Shown here: positions 50,600-62,100 of the stretch, piece by piece | Numbering within the stretch: position 1 is the stretch's first letter | Layout: the number at the start of each line of letters is the position of its first letter | Origin: Takakia lepidozioides | Lineage: Eukaryota > Plantae > Bryophyta | Reading direction: 5' to 3' | Assembly (NCBI GenBank): GCA_030704615.1 | Contig: CM060733.1 | Location: 45,570,001-45,634,000 of the forward strand | Length of the DNA stretch: 64,000 nt | Position numbers and translations under genes: made by a program | Notes under the pieces: generated by a model | The model's database searches: none | Told to the model about the DNA's origin: nothing | Seen by the model: the letters and a program-made list of their open reading frames with translations, nothing else

Positions 50600-53500
50600 T
50601 TTACTACCACGTGGCGCCCCGGGCCCGTGGCCACGTGGCAGCAGTGCTGCTCGTCGTGGCGCCACCACGTCGGCATCCACATCGTCGTCCACGTCTGCGT
50701 CCACGTCCGCGTCCATGTGTCACCGCGCTTCGGTGAGTCGGTCCACTCATCCGGAGGGAAAGTCAAAGTCAGCCCAAAAGGTCAGACACACGGGCGGCCC
50801 GCCTGGTTACGCCACGTGGTTCTTCAGCATTAATCGTTGAGCAGTTGTTCGCGCGTCTGCATCCTTTACCACTCCAATCATTGGATGTCCAACCCAACTA
50901 CCACGTCTGTTGTAACTAGTCGTTTGTAATTTCCAGTCGATCCCAATTTTTTGACTTTTACGACTCAAAACGAGTCGTTACCCCAGTGGTAAATGACACG
51001 AATGCTTCTAGTGTGACTTGGGAACCCGGACAACAGGTGACTTGGTAGCAGCAGCAGCAGTCGCAGGACCTTGCACAAAGTTGTCGTCGGAGTCACTCCT
51101 TTCGGGCCCCTCCTGCGCCTCTTCTCGTGCCCCGGTGGTTTTCTGTTTTTTGGGGGTTACTGTAGTCCCCTGTTTCCGTGTCCTTTTTTTGCTTTTTGCT
51201 TGAGCAATCTCTGCCGCTTTCCTAGACTTGGCAAGCGCTTTCGCCTCCTTTGGACCCAGCGGAGGCAGCGGAGTCCGGTTTCGTCAGGCCTCAGCATCCA
51301 GCTTCAATTGAAACTCAGAGGTGTCGAGCGAGCCGGGCGGAAGGTCCACATACCAAGGGCAGTCGCGCAAATGCGCTAGATGCCACTCCTTCACGATAAC
51401 GTCAGTGTGCTCCAGGGTTCCTCCATGCGAGGAAGAATGGCGGCTCGAAGGACAGATGACCTTTCTCCAACAGGGAGAACTTGCAGTACCTGCATTCAAG
51501 AAACCCACAGAGAATTAGGTCCCGGGAATGAGGTTAATTTTTCGAAATGAATTTGCAAAAATGGTGTCGAATTTCTATGCGGGGTAAGCCCAATGGTCCC
51601 GGCTCTCCGGGGTGCCGTGCAATGAAAGTGGAAATTTGGCGCCATTTTTCCCGTGGGCGAGGGAGCCCATTCTGGGACTTAGCCATTTTGGGGCCCAACC
51701 TAGAAAAATGGCGCCGAATTTCCACTTTCCGGCTGGGGTGGCTGGCACCGAAACTGGAAATTCGGCGCCATTTTTCCAGGTTGGGGCCCAGCCCTTTCTG
51801 GGACTTAGCCACTTTCGGACCCAGCCTGGAAAAATGGCGCCGAATTTCCAGTACCGGGCCCCGAAAATGGCTAAGTCCCGGGGGTGGTTGGCACCCATTC
51901 TGGAAATTCGGCGCCATTTTTCCAGGTTAGGGCCCAGCCATTTCTGGGACTTAGCCAGTTTCGGACCCAGCCTGGAAAAATGGCGCCGAATTTCCAGTTC
52001 CGGGCCCAACCAATTCTGGGACTCAGCCATTTTCGGGGCCCGAAACTGGAAATTCGGCGCCATTTTTCAAGGCTGGGTCCGAAACTGGCTAAGTCCCAGA
52101 AATGGCTGGGCCCCAACCTGGAAAAATGGTGCCAAATTTCCAAAATGGGTGCCAGCCGCCCCCGGGACTTAGCCATTTTCGGGGCCCGAATCAGGAAATT
52201 CGGCGCCATTTTTCCAGGGACTTAGCCATTTCTTCACAACCAGTTGTCATGCCCCACACAAGCCGTTTTATATCCAGGAACTCCAGGGACTACAATGGCC
52301 ACAGATCAAAGAGGAGCACCGCATATTTACCTGTACAGAAGGCGCATTGCCGCTTTGTCCGCGTTCGGCTGGTCGGTGAACTCGTGGCTCCGGCGGGCAT
52401 GCGGTATCTCTCGAAAGAACAGGTCAGTTTTGTAGAGCATAAAATACCTCGCCATATAGTCGCGTAGGCTCTGTGCTTCTCCAAAAATCTCCAGCTTGAA
52501 CTGATGTGCTTGGGTGTCAAGCTGCTCTTTGCGCATTCGTAGTCACCTGTGGAGATTCTCCATCAGACCGCATTCCTCAATAAATACAAGAAATCCACCA
52601 GATACAAGAGTAGAAGCGCCAAATGAAGCGTGGGAAAGTACTTGAAACCACCATGTCATGCGGTTCATCCACATGTCGAATGTGGGGCCAGACAGTTTGT
52701 CGGGTTTGGGGAAGCTCCACATGTCCCTTGTACTCTGGGACCCATTCCAGATTTGGAGCCACCGGGTCTGTCCAACCACCGTGCATATTAGTAAGCGCCA
52801 AACACCACGAAAACGAATTGTTGCCACGAGAATTTGGTTAAGAATGTATAACCTTCTCTGTTGCATCCACACAGGCTGTGGCTAGACGATGCAGCTTCTC
52901 CAGTGTCATCGTGGGCTTAAGAGCGCGGGAGTAGTGCTTCCCCACCTCCACCAGAAAGTCGGCACCAAGGGCGGGATCAGCTATGGCCACGTACTTCACC
53001 ATTCTCGACTTGTACTTGATGCGGGCCTTCGCCTCCACAGCTTTGAGATACGATTCCAGTGCCGGGAGGGTTAGTTTCTTCTCCTCTGACTCCATGTAGA
53101 ACCTTCGCGCATGTGCCAGATCCTGCTGAATTTTCGTCTATCAAGAATGCGCACATAAGATTAGAAATCTTGGTCCACACTTTTTTTTCTATTGGGGGAG
53201 CAGAGACAGATTAGCTCAACAAAAGAGTTAGGAGTTGTACCTGAAATATGTAGTCCACCATGGCGTCCATGCTCAGCCTATACCAGGTTCTGTCTGCCTT
53301 TGCCTCCGACTTGCGCAGGTTGTCGGCACTGAGCGAATTGGCAAACTCTTGCAGCCCCTGCTTCCCGACATCCTTCAGTCGGAAGAGCATGTGGGACAAG
53401 TTGGTGGCAATGAAGGCATTCTCAGTCACCCTGCAATGCCACATTTCCATTAAACGATACTGAAATGAGAATTTGCAACAAATATGACGATTGACGATGA

Positions 53501-54400
53501 AATGACTTTCAAATTCAAAGTTCCAAAGCAAGAGACATTGTAACTTACGAGTTGATGTCTGCCATTGCAGCTTTGAGAAGACTTCGATCTTTGGGCCCCA
53601 CAACCTTCAGCACAACACACTCCACGGCGTAATGCCAATCCAGGTCGTTGGGGTGGGCTTTGGGCTATGTGCTCCATCCATGCCAGGAGGCGATGATTGC
53701 CGTCCCACTCGTAAAACATCTTTCCGGACAAGTGCTGGAAAAGAGGATAATTCCTGGAGACAACCAAGACCCAAAACAAAATCTCGCCCATCCATTGTCA
53801 TCAAATTGTGCAGGCCATCAAATCTTGCAGTACTCAAGGGCCTTCATTTCACCCCCCATGAATTTGTCAAATTTTAGCTGGAATGTGAGGGGTGTGGGAG
53901 GTTAGTTATTTCATGAGCATGAGCGGCATGAGCAGAGTAGTAAGACAATCGGTTTTCATGAGCAGAAGTACAAATTCTGGAAATAAAAAACATTAAAAAT
54001 ATTATTTTAATGGAATGTGTCAGAACAAAACTAATATAATATTCATTGTTTGAAGTAGAAATTGTAGTTTTGGGAGCCGTGCTCATGATATTTTGTCTTC
54101 CGCTCATGCAAATTCCTAGCGACATCTGCAAAAATAGCGCCGAATTTCGCGGTAATAGGTTCCGCAACCGGAGAAATTTACGACGTATTTCGCGATAATA
54201 GGTGTCTCCGGTGAAAAATGGTGCCGAATTTCGCGGCTATAGGTCCCAACATGGCAGGTGTGTAAGCCCAAAATTTGGAAATGTGGTGCCGAATTTTGGT
54301 ACATGATGCCGGGGATTGCATAGATGTTGGGCAGTTCTGGGCCATGTAACTAGAAATTCGGCGCCATTTTTCCATAAATGGCCCCCACAACTGCTACTGT
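50600..54400 (-). mobile_element. ParB-gene element copy D (third, distant subfamily), degenerate
   Basis: Exon remnants KMFYEWDGNHRLLAWM (53700), TNLSHMLFRL..WYRLS, ADPALGADFL..LEKLHRLA, WLQIWNG, LLYR|YCKFSLLEKGHL, KEWHLAHLRDCPWYVDLPP. CCACGT-rich putative end at ~50600-50830. Confidence 0.8.
51556..52215. repeat. Intronic array of ~10 quasi-palindromes GGAAATTCGGCGCCATTTTTCC in alternating orientation, ~72 bp apart; further units at 54130-54375
   Basis: Units at ~51556, 51630, 51702, 51756, 51827, 51902, 51974, 52048, 52119 and 52194, interleaved with GGGACTTAGCCA. Confidence 0.93.
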
Positions 54401-54890
54401 TGGAACTCAATTTTCTGGAAGATTTGCAAATTTTTCCTGCCACCATCTTATTATGGATTCTGTTTCGACATTGCCACTGGATGTCTACGGATATCCAACA
54501 GTTCGTAGTGTGTATAAGAGATTACTTTAATATTGCCTGTTTCATTCTAGGAGTTTTGGGATGCATTTCATTACACTGCAAAACAAAGTCTAATGCATAA
54601 AAATGCAATTGCAAATATCCATATGGTGGATTCCCTTTGCCCCATCAATGATTTCTAGAATCCCGGCGGAGGAGTTTGTGCAGCTCGTTCACGCTCAACG
54701 CTGGTGCATGAACAAAGTCATCAATAGTCACGTTCAGCCTCAACCTCTTCAGGTAAATGTAATACAGATGTTTGCACGGATAATTGTTAGAGGGCTGTCG
54801 GGGACTTAGACACTTATACGGATCTGTAGGTAACCTTAATTTTTGCACAGACTGAGACCAACAGGAGCCTTAGGGGTGACAGCAGCGCAC

Positions 54891-55687
54891 TGTAGAGGGG
54901 GGTTACACAGCCCGTCACAGTCGTCACAGTCGTCACAGCCGACACAGCCCACACAGCCGTCACAGCCAACACAGCCCACACAGCCGTCACAGCCAACACA
55001 GCCGTCACAGTCGTCACAGCCGACACAGCCAACACAGCCCGTCACAGTCGTCACAGCAGACACAGCCGGCACAGCCGACACAGCCAGTCACAGCCAAACA
55101 CAGTCGCACAGCCAGTCACAGCCCGTCACAGTTTCACACAGCCAGTCACAGCTTGACACAGCTGTCACGATCATAGAGAACGAAGAGTAGGACAGGGAAC
55201 GACTATGGGGAACAACACCTGCGTATAAACTCATGCATATATAACCTCATCACTCAAACAGAAGTCAAGCCAAGTGCACCCCACGCCATGGGGAATCCAC
55301 ACTACGGCGCCATAGCTAGGCGCGGTGAGGCTCAACTCGAGAAAGATGAGCCTCCCGCGCTTGCCGTGAAGATAACCACTCCAGGGCCTAAATCTGCCTT
55401 GACCCCTGGATTGACACTTGGGCCAATCCCAAATGTCAATATGTAAAAGCTAGCTATTTCCTAGCTAGTTTCACACTAGTGGTAAAATAACTTGACAGCT
55501 GTCGTGCGCATACATATCGCTACACAACTACATCGCTGTCCAAAACCACACAACACATGTGCACACCACACACTAGTATACCACTAGTCTACCACTAGTC
55601 CAGCCACTAGTCCAACCACTAGGCTACAACTAGTCAGTCACTAGGCTGCCACTACGCTGCCCACTATGGCAGTCACTAGTCCACACA
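54891..55687 (-). repeat. Putative 3' LTR; 55225-55687 shared with copy 1, 54904-55167 is a CACAGCC/GTCACAG simple-repeat tract
   Basis: PPT-adjacent TG at 55687. The distal CA end is inferred at 54891 and is uncertain. Confidence 0.6.
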
Positions 55688-55947
55688 ATCGCCCCCCTAG
55701 CTGGTGCTTAGGTCCCTCTAAGTCCAGGTAGCCACAAGATGTGATAGTGACCATAGCCTCACTAAGTCCTCCACCACTATCCCTACTACACTCAAACTCG
55801 ATAGATCAAGAGGCCGGGTGCAAGAGTTGCCCCATCGTTAGTCGCCGTCTTGCAACCTGTGAACTTGAGCTTGGGATCTCATGTATTGACTCCTATGAGC
55901 TTGGCCTCCCATGTCTTGTTAGCTGCCTCCAGTCATGTCCACTGCCA

Positions 55948-58923
55948 CTATCCCAAGCAGTGTGGACACAACCAATCTCCGTCAGGAACCTTCTCAAGAG
56001 GTGGTGTCAAGCATCCCATATGCCAACCCCTTGAGCATCGATCACACACCAGCATGGTGGCTGCCCCTTTGGCAGACCCACAGAGCATGCACCTCAAACC
56101 TGCAGGTACCACTGCCAAGTTTGGGTCAACTCTGCCATCGACATTGGGAAGGTGACATGGCGCACAATTACGCACATGGTCTTTCCAAGTCATGCCATCC
56201 CGACCCTCCAAGATCAGGACCCCTGAGGGCAACACCTCTCGAACCCTCAGAATAACACGCCCTGCAGTAACATCCAGAGTCGTAGGAGCAGTCTGCTGCA
56301 AATAAACATAGTCACCAGGGCTAAACCTCCGAACCCCAGGACGATATCCTCCACCACGTATAGTGGCATACCTCAACGTATCACGGTGCTGTGCAATGGC
56401 AAGGTTCTCAAAAGCCATGGGCATGACTTTCTTGAACAACTCTGCACGCTGATCACATGCACGTACCCACACGTCCGGATCGTCAAGGTTAAGGACTTGA
56501 GCAGTGTCCCTACGAATGGCTGCAGGCAAATCCGGCTCTCGGCCAAAGAGAAGGAAATATGGTGAGAAGGAGGCAAGTGATGCTTGTTTGCTGAACCTGT
56601 AGCCCATGGCTAACCAAGGAACCTGAAGATCCCAATCTCCTAGGTGTCCCTTCTGCAAGCCATACTTGCGCAAACCCCTCTTCACCGTCTGAACAACTCT
56701 CTCTGCTAAGCCATCGGCCTCAGGATGATCCCGAGAAGTGGTGCGGTGGTCTATCAAGGCTTTATCACACAAAGCCTGAAACTCCCCCAAGAACTCTCTC
56801 CCTTGGTCCGTGAGTACCTCAGCTGGAGCACCAAATCGGCTAAGCACACGATCCAAGAATGCATACGCAGCCCCCTCACTAGCCTTGTCAGGCAATGGAA
56901 CCAACTCAATCCACTTGGAGAAGTGCTCCACCATCACCAACACATATCTGTGGTGGCGCATAGTCAGTGGCAACGGTCCTGCGAAGTCAAGACTCCACCT
57001 GTAGCCCAATCCCATGATTGGTAAAGGATGCAACTGTGGTGTAGGGGCGTTGAATGAAGCACGCACCCTGTCACACACCATGCACCTAGCCACAAACTGT
57101 TGCACCTCTGTATGCATACCACGCCACCAATACTGCCCCTGCAGTAAACTGTGAGTGCGTCGCACTCCAAAATGCCCCAACTCCTCATGGGCATGCCGCA
57201 CTAACCGTGCACGCTGTGTGGGGTGAGGCACAATCCTCACCCGACCATCCTCCCACACTCGAAGTAGGTGTATCCCCTCCCACTTGAACCTCTTGGCTCG
57301 TTGCAGGATCCGATCCCTCTCCCTGGCAGTCACAATGGCTGCCGTGTCTCCCGTGCGGAGGTAGTCCAACACAGCCGAATCCTCATGTATATCTCTGGCA
57401 CCACCTAGCTCATCACTAGCCTCAGGGTCCTCAGACACTCCGTCTACAGTCATCCCTGTTGTAGGTCCAATCTGACCTCCCGATGCCAAGATACACAAAA
57501 ATGCAGATGCGTGCCATCCCGGCACCATCTCCTCGTCCGTCTCACCATGCCACCGAGCTCCAGTGTCATCCTGCTGGCTCATGCATGGATTGCGACTCAA
57601 TCCATCCGCATCCCGATTGACCAAACCCGGTCGATGCACAACCTGAAAGTCATACTCCTGGAGTATAAGTGCCCACCGTGCAAGCTTCCCCGTAAGCTTG
57701 TCTGACTCCATCAACCACTTGAGTGGCTGGTGATCCGTGACAAGGGTGAAAAGATTGCCGTATAGATAGCACCTGAAGTGTGCCACGGCCCACACTGCAG
57801 CTAAGCACTCTCCCTCATATGAGCTGTACTTAGCCTCTGCAGCGTTGTTCGAGCGGCTAGCGTAAGCCACTACGAACTCTCTTCCCTCATCATCCACCTG
57901 TGTGAGCACCGCTCCAAGCCCCAGCATGCTCCAATCCGTATGCAGCTGAAAGGGACGCCCCCTGATAGGTCGTCTCAAGATAGGCGCCGAGGTCAACCTC
58001 GCCTTGAGCTCTTGAAAAGCTCGTTCCTGCTCATCTTCCCACTGCCACTCCTGGTCCACCTTGGTCAGCTTGGTTAGAGCCTTTGCAATGGTACTAAATC
58101 CCTTGACAAACCGTCTATAATAGTTTGCCAACCCCATGAAAGCTCGAACTCGGCTCACATCCGTGGGGCGTGGAATTTGTGCAATGGCCTCTACCTTAGT
58201 CTGCTGTACCCCCAATCCTCCAGGATATATCATGTGACCCAGATACTCAATCTGGTTGTGGAAAAACTTGCACTTCCCCGGATGCAACTTCAATCCGTGC
58301 GCTCTCAAGCGCTCCAATACCACCTGAAGGTGTCTCTCATGCTCCTCCATCGTAACACTAAAGATGATGATGTCATCTATGTAGCACCGAGCAAAGTCCA
58401 CCCCTGCTAGAATCCTATCCATGACTCTCTGAAACTCTGCAGGAGCATTCTTAAGCCCAAATGGTAAGAACCGCCACTGATATAGGCAATCCTTGCCGTG
58501 CTCATTGATCCCCCAGAATGCCGTCTTCTGCTTGTCCGCCTCCTTGATTGGCAACTGGTGATATCCGGATCGTAAATCCAAAGTGCTAAAGGCCTTAGCA
58601 TGCCCGATGGCATCAAAGATCTCCTCTGGTGTTGGCATGGCATACTTATCGGACTTGGTCTGACGATTTACAGGCCGGTAATCACCGCACATACGTCTCT
58701 CCGTCCAATTGCCATAGACATCCTTCTTGGCTGGCATCACTGTGGCTGAAGCATACTCTCCACCAGAGAGCTCCACCAAACCTGCCTCCCAGAGATCTTG
58801 AGTCCTCATCTGAATCAAAGACCTCTCCATGTCACTGTATCTATAGGGTCTCCGAAAGATTGGCGTGTCAGTGGCCAACTCAATACGGATCTCTTGACCC
58901 TTCAGTGCTCCCAAGTCCTTCAA
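55948..58923 (-). CDS. pol: pol: RT (YIDD), RNase H, integrase (HHCC, DDE) and C-terminal PHD finger
   Basis: Intact 991-aa ORF. PHD: CMLC..MLVCDRCSRGWHMGCLTPPLEKVPDGDWLCPHC. The frame extends upstream to ~59185 through one TAG (59083-59085). Confidence 0.97.
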   Translation of the reverse strand: MKDLGALKGQEIRIELATDTPIFRRPYRYSDMERSLIQMRTQDLWEAGLVELSGGEYASATVMPAKKDVYGNWTERRMCGDYRPVNRQTKSDKYAMPTPEEIFDAIGHAKAFSTLDLRSGYHQLPIKEADKQKTAFWGINEHGKDCLYQWRFLPFGLKNAPAEFQRVMDRILAGVDFARCYIDDIIIFSVTMEEHERHLQVVLERLRAHGLKLHPGKCKFFHNQIEYLGHMIYPGGLGVQQTKVEAIAQIPRPTDVSRVRAFMGLANYYRRFVKGFSTIAKALTKLTKVDQEWQWEDEQERAFQELKARLTSAPILRRPIRGRPFQLHTDWSMLGLGAVLTQVDDEGREFVVAYASRSNNAAEAKYSSYEGECLAAVWAVAHFRCYLYGNLFTLVTDHQPLKWLMESDKLTGKLARWALILQEYDFQVVHRPGLVNRDADGLSRNPCMSQQDDTGARWHGETDEEMVPGWHASAFLCILASGGQIGPTTGMTVDGVSEDPEASDELGGARDIHEDSAVLDYLRTGDTAAIVTARERDRILQRAKRFKWEGIHLLRVWEDGRVRIVPHPTQRARLVRHAHEELGHFGVRRTHSLLQGQYWWRGMHTEVQQFVARCMVCDRVRASFNAPTPQLHPLPIMGLGYRWSLDFAGPLPLTMRHHRYVLVMVEHFSKWIELVPLPDKASEGAAYAFLDRVLSRFGAPAEVLTDQGREFLGEFQALCDKALIDHRTTSRDHPEADGLAERVVQTVKRGLRKYGLQKGHLGDWDLQVPWLAMGYRFSKQASLASFSPYFLLFGREPDLPAAIRRDTAQVLNLDDPDVWVRACDQRAELFKKVMPMAFENLAIAQHRDTLRYATIRGGGYRPGVRRFSPGDYVYLQQTAPTTLDVTAGRVILRVREVLPSGVLILEGRDGMTWKDHVRNCAPCHLPNVDGRVDPNLAVVPAGLRCMLCGSAKGAATMLVCDRCSRGWHMGCLTPPLEKVPDGDWLCPHCLG

Positions 58924-59150
58924 ACTGAAGGCAAAGCAATTCCTGTAAGCCCTCAGGAACCGCCGTATACGTCGTCTCTCTCCTCCGGTGACAATGGGTC
59001 CAATGTCAGGCTCCCAATTGTCCTCCGTAACTACAACCTTAAGTCCAGTGGGCTTAGAGGTAGAGGACGCGTCCCGTGGTTGCTATGCTGCAACCTCTTG
59101 AGCAGTACTCCCTACCTGCTCAGTCAATGACAAGGCCTCATCCTGCCCCA

Positions 59151-62100
59151 TCATCTCATCCTTGAGGACCTCCTCAACCGAGAAGAATCCCCAACCTCAT
59201 CCATCACAGCCGCCTTGGCTGCCAACTCCCTCTGAACCTCGAGCACCTCCCACGTGTGCCATGGATGCATGCACCCCGTGGTCCTCACATGCTCGCCCCC
59301 ACTCACTGCCTGTACCGTCTCGGTAGGCAGAGAGACCATTGAGGGAAGTGTATTCCGCACTCTGCGTTGCTCAGCTAGAGCCAAGCTGATAATCCAGGTC
59401 AAGCAATTGAGATCCATTGCTTGCCCCAACACTTGACGACGTGATGCCTCAGAAAGAGACGACACCGCCGTGGTACCAGTGGTAAAACCCATTGCCCGCT
59501 CACGCTCGTCAGCATTAGGCTCCACTAACTGCTGCAACTGAGCATCCCACAGGAGGCCAGGTCCACTATCCCGGAAAGCATGCGATCCTGGGAAGCTGAG
59601 CAGTGTAGGTAATGCTGCTCGTGGTTGACCCACCTTGTTGACCACTGCCAAAGGCGAACGGTCATCGTGTCTCACACGTTGAGACTGCCTCCCTGTGTCC
59701 AGAATGTTATCCACTGTGAGATGTGCTGGCCGCTGCACCCCATCAAATGCACGCTTGAGCAGTGCGGGTGGCATCAAGTTAGTCCACCATAGCCGTGGAC
59801 GATGAGCCCGTGACCCCACTGTAGCTGCATCTAGCAACACTGCTGACCCAAGCCACGACCGGACTTGATGCACACTGGCCATCACCCTGGCCCGAGAATC
59901 GCCCATCAGTGGCACATTCTCCAAGATGTATGCTGGAGATACAGCTTGATGAAGCTGCAAGTGGCGCAAAACCCGCACCATCTCCCAAAACAGACCCGAC
60001 CTCGAGTCTCGCAATCCATTGCCATGCCCGGCTGATGAATGCCCTTGGCAGGGCCAACCTGCCACTACCAGATCAATGGAGCCAACCCGCTCCAAATCCT
60101 GCGCCCCCAGCAACGAAATGTCTGCTGGCAAGGCCTGCTGATATCCACGAATTGCAGACACCGACAACAACTCAGGGTACCGCTGCACCAACTGAGCAAC
60201 ATGGCGAAGTGAAACGCGTCGTGCAGTCTCATCCCTCTCCACATACAGGTAACGCCGAACTCGTACACCTGCCTGTAACACAGCAGCCAATCCGGTGCTG
60301 ATCCCGCCAAACAAGTCCAGAAGACAAATGCCTTCATCCGGATACTGCCACACAATAGGTGTGGTGTCCAATGGAGACAATTGAGGTGGTCCTGGTGCAA
60401 TCCCCACACTCTCCTCCTCTCCTGACGGTACAAAAGCCTCCACCCAGGCTTGTTGCACCCGTCGATCAGCATCCCGCTGCAAATCCTTGCTCGTGCCCCA
60501 CAATGGAGTCTGAGCAACCATGGTAGGCAACTCCGCCATACCATACATGTCATCCTGCTCTCCCGGAGGTGGTACATCCTCTGAATGAGCATTGCCCTCA
60601 AGCAACTCTCTAGGCCAACTCACTGCCGCTGTGAATGCTGCTAGTGTCGGCATCTTGCCTCGCTGGGCAACCGCAACTCCTCCTATGAACGTCACAGGGA
60701 GCTGCACACGCCGGCCCTCCCCTGACTGCCATGCAGGCCTATAGGAAGCTGACTCCTCCCAAAAATCCAGGGTGAAGCCCATGGGGTACAACACTGCCCC
60801 ACCAACCAGGACATCGTATGAGACTGCGTCTGTCACAATGGCCTTGGCTCGCATCACTGAGCCATCTGTAGGGTGATCCGGCCGTAGTCTGATAGCCAAC
60901 TCACGCCGTGTCATGCCCCGAGCCTGCTCCGATCCTCCCAGAGACGTCTGTATCTGGAAAGGACAAGGCTCCATATCCGCCTCCGTGAGGCCCAAGCCTG
61001 CAATAGCAGCTCTGCCCAGCATCAATGGCTGAGCTCCCGAGTCCAACAAGACCCGCAGTGGCCGGTACCTCTTGCCTGCCGGTCCACTCAAACAGAAAAT
61101 GCCATCCTGGTTGTCTAACATGACAACTCCAGGTGTCACCATGGCGCGCTCAATGGCTGGCCTAGCTGGCAGCTCCATCAACCTGGCAGCTGCAGCTTGC
61201 CATGGCGCCGCCGTGGCAGTCTTGACCCTCAAATCCGAGGATCCCTCCGGCACTACACCTCCCACTATCTCCGCAGAAGATGAAGTAACCTCCCCACTCT
61301 CACAGAGTGTAGCTGCCAGCCTGAACACCTCAGCTGGTCTTACCCCCGGCGTCGCAATCATGGTAGCCGAGAACAATGGAGCCTGGCACACAGATGTGGC
61401 CGCTCCTAGCAGCACACTAGCTGCCGTAGCCTTGGCAACACTAGGTAGTGGTGCTACCCGTGTAGCTCTCCCCAATGGCATAGTAACCTCCGCCTCGGTA
61501 ACAGTCGGGCGAGAACTAGGTGCCATGGATGGCGTCGACACTGTCTCCGCCAATGTGAATGACTGAGGAAGCCTAGCCTGACGGCTTGCCTCCCCACGCT
61601 GTGGATCCAACTCCACCTCTGCACCTCGTGGCTCAGGAACTCGTGCTGCTCCTCGAGTCACGGCTGCAGCAGACTCCACCTGCACTAGTGGTAGTGCTGC
61701 TCCACACATGAATCCCATGCCTCCCATATCTCCTCCCTCAGGAGCAGGAGGTGGACCATCCGGCCTTAGAGCCGGTACCACCTGAGCTGTAGCCATGGCA
61801 GCGAGCCTCTGCTCTAGCTGCTGAAGCCGGTTGGCCATGCCTTGGTCAACACCCTGACCTCCGCGTCCTTGGCCACGTTGAGCTTGCCCTTGGCCTGCAC
61901 CTCGTGGCTGGCCACCTCGTCCTCTCTGGGCTGCTCCACCTCGCCCCCGGCCACCATTGTTCCCTTGGAACTGGCCTGGGCGCAACTCAGGATGCAAACC
62001 ATAACACTGGGCCTCTCCATGCCCGTGCTTGCCACAATGCCCACACTGCAACTGTGCAGGCTGTGCATGTGCCGGCCCTTTGCCTCCCTCTGGGCAATCC

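Noticed and set aside
51534-52225. Multiple overlapping ORFs on both strands (LEKWRRIS repeats)
   Set aside because: Artefacts of the inverted repeat array inside an intron.
54814-55190. Cys/Asp- or Gln/Pro-rich ORFs (metallothionein-like)
   Set aside because: Translations of the CACAGCC simple-repeat tract in the LTR.
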